A stretch of DNA of 64,000 nucleotides from Octopus bimaculoides (taxonomy: Eukaryota): contig NC_068981.1 of assembly GCF_001194135.2 (NCBI RefSeq), positions 38,900,196 through 38,964,195 on the forward strand. Reading direction: 5' to 3'. The position numbers and the translations under genes are program-made. Positions 61,604 to 64,000 of this stretch are shown here, in pieces. Positions within the stretch are counted from its first letter, which is position 1, and every line of letters starts with the position of its first letter. The notes under the pieces are model-generated. The model was not told the origin of the DNA, ran no database searches, and saw only the letters and a list, made by a program, of their open reading frames with translations.

Positions 61604-64000
61604 ATCATTTGTCATAGCTTTTCCCAACTAGTCTTAGCGGTATTGGAATGATAATCGTACAACAGCAGTGACTACATTAACAACAATAACAACAACAACA
61701 ACGAGATGAGCAAATTAAAAACCTCTGCCTAGTCACTCACCCTGCTAGAAATTGTAGACAGATCTCAATAGCAGCCTATTGTCTTAAAGGAAAAACGTTA
61801 GACAATGTAGATCACTGCCCTGAAAAAGGTTGTTTGGTCATGACTGGAATGCTTTTGATCATGAGTTTCCTTGTTCAGAGTTAACCTAAGGATATATAAC
61901 GTTACCAAAGGTGAAAATACTAAAGAAATACTTAAATAAAAATTGTGATAATGGTAATGACAATAAAAAAATAGCTGTAGCATAAACAACATATCTGAAA
62001 ATAGCAATTAGAAGACCACAGAAAAAATATAAGAATGCCAGGTTTTATATCCATAGACCAGAAGTAATATGACTTCCAGAGGATCAAAGCATAAATAAAA
62101 AAAATGAGCAAGGAAAGCTAAAAGTTCCTATCAAGTATGCACTGAAAATGCCTGAAATGCTATATAACATTATACAAAGTGGATACATGTGGCATTGTTT
62201 GAAAGGAAAGAAAAGCAATCCAATATGTTCTGTATCTCAGAAAAATTGCTATTTTCTGTTGATACTTTTTAACTAGATCCTTAATATATGTAAGCATTGA
62301 TCCACAACATGACACTATTGCTAAATAAGCAGAGGGTTTTGAGGAAAACATCGATTTTTGAGAATTGGCCAGAGATTCTGATGGAACTTTAGGTTGAACT
62401 TCAGGTGTTAATTACACTCTAAAATCTAGAAAAAATTTCAATTTCATATCAAAGGATTCCATAATGAGAGTTGTGCTAAAAGCAGAAAGTCAAAGTTCTA
62501 CAATTGCAGTACTAATAACTTGAGGGGTTTTTGTCCTCTAGAAAAACAAAAACATGAAAGGAAGCCCAAAGCTAAAATTAAAACAACATCAATAAAATCA
62601 ATATTAATGAAACAACAAGGGAATACTCTACGTAGTTGATTAAATTTCTCTCATATCAAACCCTACCTTCTTAAAAACTTGAGAATGACAAATCAAATCA
62701 CAGATTTCTAATGACTGAGCCAAAGCATATTCCTGTGTCACACTGGGTTTTTGAGTTTTGAGGTGAATTGGAAAATAACATAGTATTAACTGATTTTAAT
62801 GCACTACACCACACTGGTACACTTGTACTCTTTAAGAGCAAAGTGCAATGCATACACCCATTATTTGCTTAAAATCAATTTTAATGCTAAATTGTCTTGT
62901 GCACAGTGAACAATAAGAATCAAAGTAATGATATATATACTCAATTTTAATATGTTCCAGCAGATTTGAACATGTATATGTTAATCATTGTTGTGTGTCA
63001 TCTTTGTAGAACAACTTCTTACAAACAAATGAGAGTTCATAACAAAATTCATTAATGTAAGGAGACTTTGCAACACTGGCATTTCTTCAGCCAAAGATAC
63101 CCCAGGCTAATGAACTCAGCTAAAGTTCTGATGCTCCTTTAAAGAATTTGGTAAACAAATTATTTGCTAAATTCTACAAGCAACATCTAGTATCCTAATG
63201 TGAAGTATGAAAAGTAAAGGAATACAGCTGCATTTTGAAAAATTCAAGATTTTAAGAGATTGTCAATTGGAAGGAGATATGCTTACTATATATGCTGTTT
63301 CAGGCAATTTGACAAAAGTTCTCTAATAGAAAGCTAAGAGACAGATATAAACTATAGACTGGTGGCTTTATTATGAAATTCTTTTTAATAAAGACATATC
63401 TTGGCTAGCATAAACATTACAAATTTGGGAAATGTTACTGAATTAGTAAATCATTTCAATAAAAGTGAGGTTTGAATGTTGCATCAGCAACTTCTTTACA
63501 ACAAAATTCATTCATGTAGTTGGTAACTTGTTTTTAGATTCCTATTTGTATTCATTATTATATCTCTATTATTCACCCTGGTATTTGTTAATTTTTAATT
63601 TGCCAACATCTAAACAATAGCTTTCCTTTTTTAGTAACTATCATTACTCTTTCCTGCTGGATTCCTGAGCATGACCAACTGAGACTATGGCTATTATTCA
63701 ACCATGTCATTCTTTGGTCTACACTAAGGTTTCTTGCCTGCTGGTTCAGCTTGAAGAATTTATTATGTAATCCTTTGCTGCAAATTTGTAATCATATGAC
63801 CATAGTACTAGAGCTGAGCTGTGATCTCTTGATGCAGAGAAATAACAGCTTGACTTAATCTCTTCAGACTCTTTGATCTCTGTGAGCTACACACTGATTC
63901 TTTTTGATGGGGCCCTATGAAAAGGAAACTACTCCCACAACTCTGTCAGGAGTAGTGGATGGAGTAAATGAATGGATGGATGGATGGATTAATGGATAAA

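Noticed and set aside
62160-62420. ~83-codon minus-strand open frame (LTPEVQPKVPSESL...)
   Set aside because: Preceded by an in-frame stop, no convincing splice sites, no recognisable domain.

Overview
AT-rich eukaryotic, repeat-dense DNA with six N-gaps. The repeat families look like those of an octopus genome (inference from recalled repeat families, not a database search). I could not confidently identify any intact host protein-coding gene, rRNA, tRNA gene or CRISPR array; most ORFs in the supplied track come from microsatellites, N-gaps or decayed transposons. The window holds a near-full-length DD37D (maT) Tc1/mariner, a truncated DD34D mariner, a RAG1/Transib-like (Chapaev-type) transposase remnant, several Penelope-like (PLE) pieces, many RTE-LINE 3' fragments, three tRNA-derived SINE families (called A, B, D here), and hAT-, piggyBac- and unclassified MITEs. 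The most notable signal is a type I hammerhead-ribozyme motif with an unusually long stem II at 18887-18992, inside a PLE-like repeat. Two duplications next to gaps are probably assembly artefacts. A few weak candidate host exons are listed as findings only. Repeat boundaries are approximate unless TSDs or TIRs are given.
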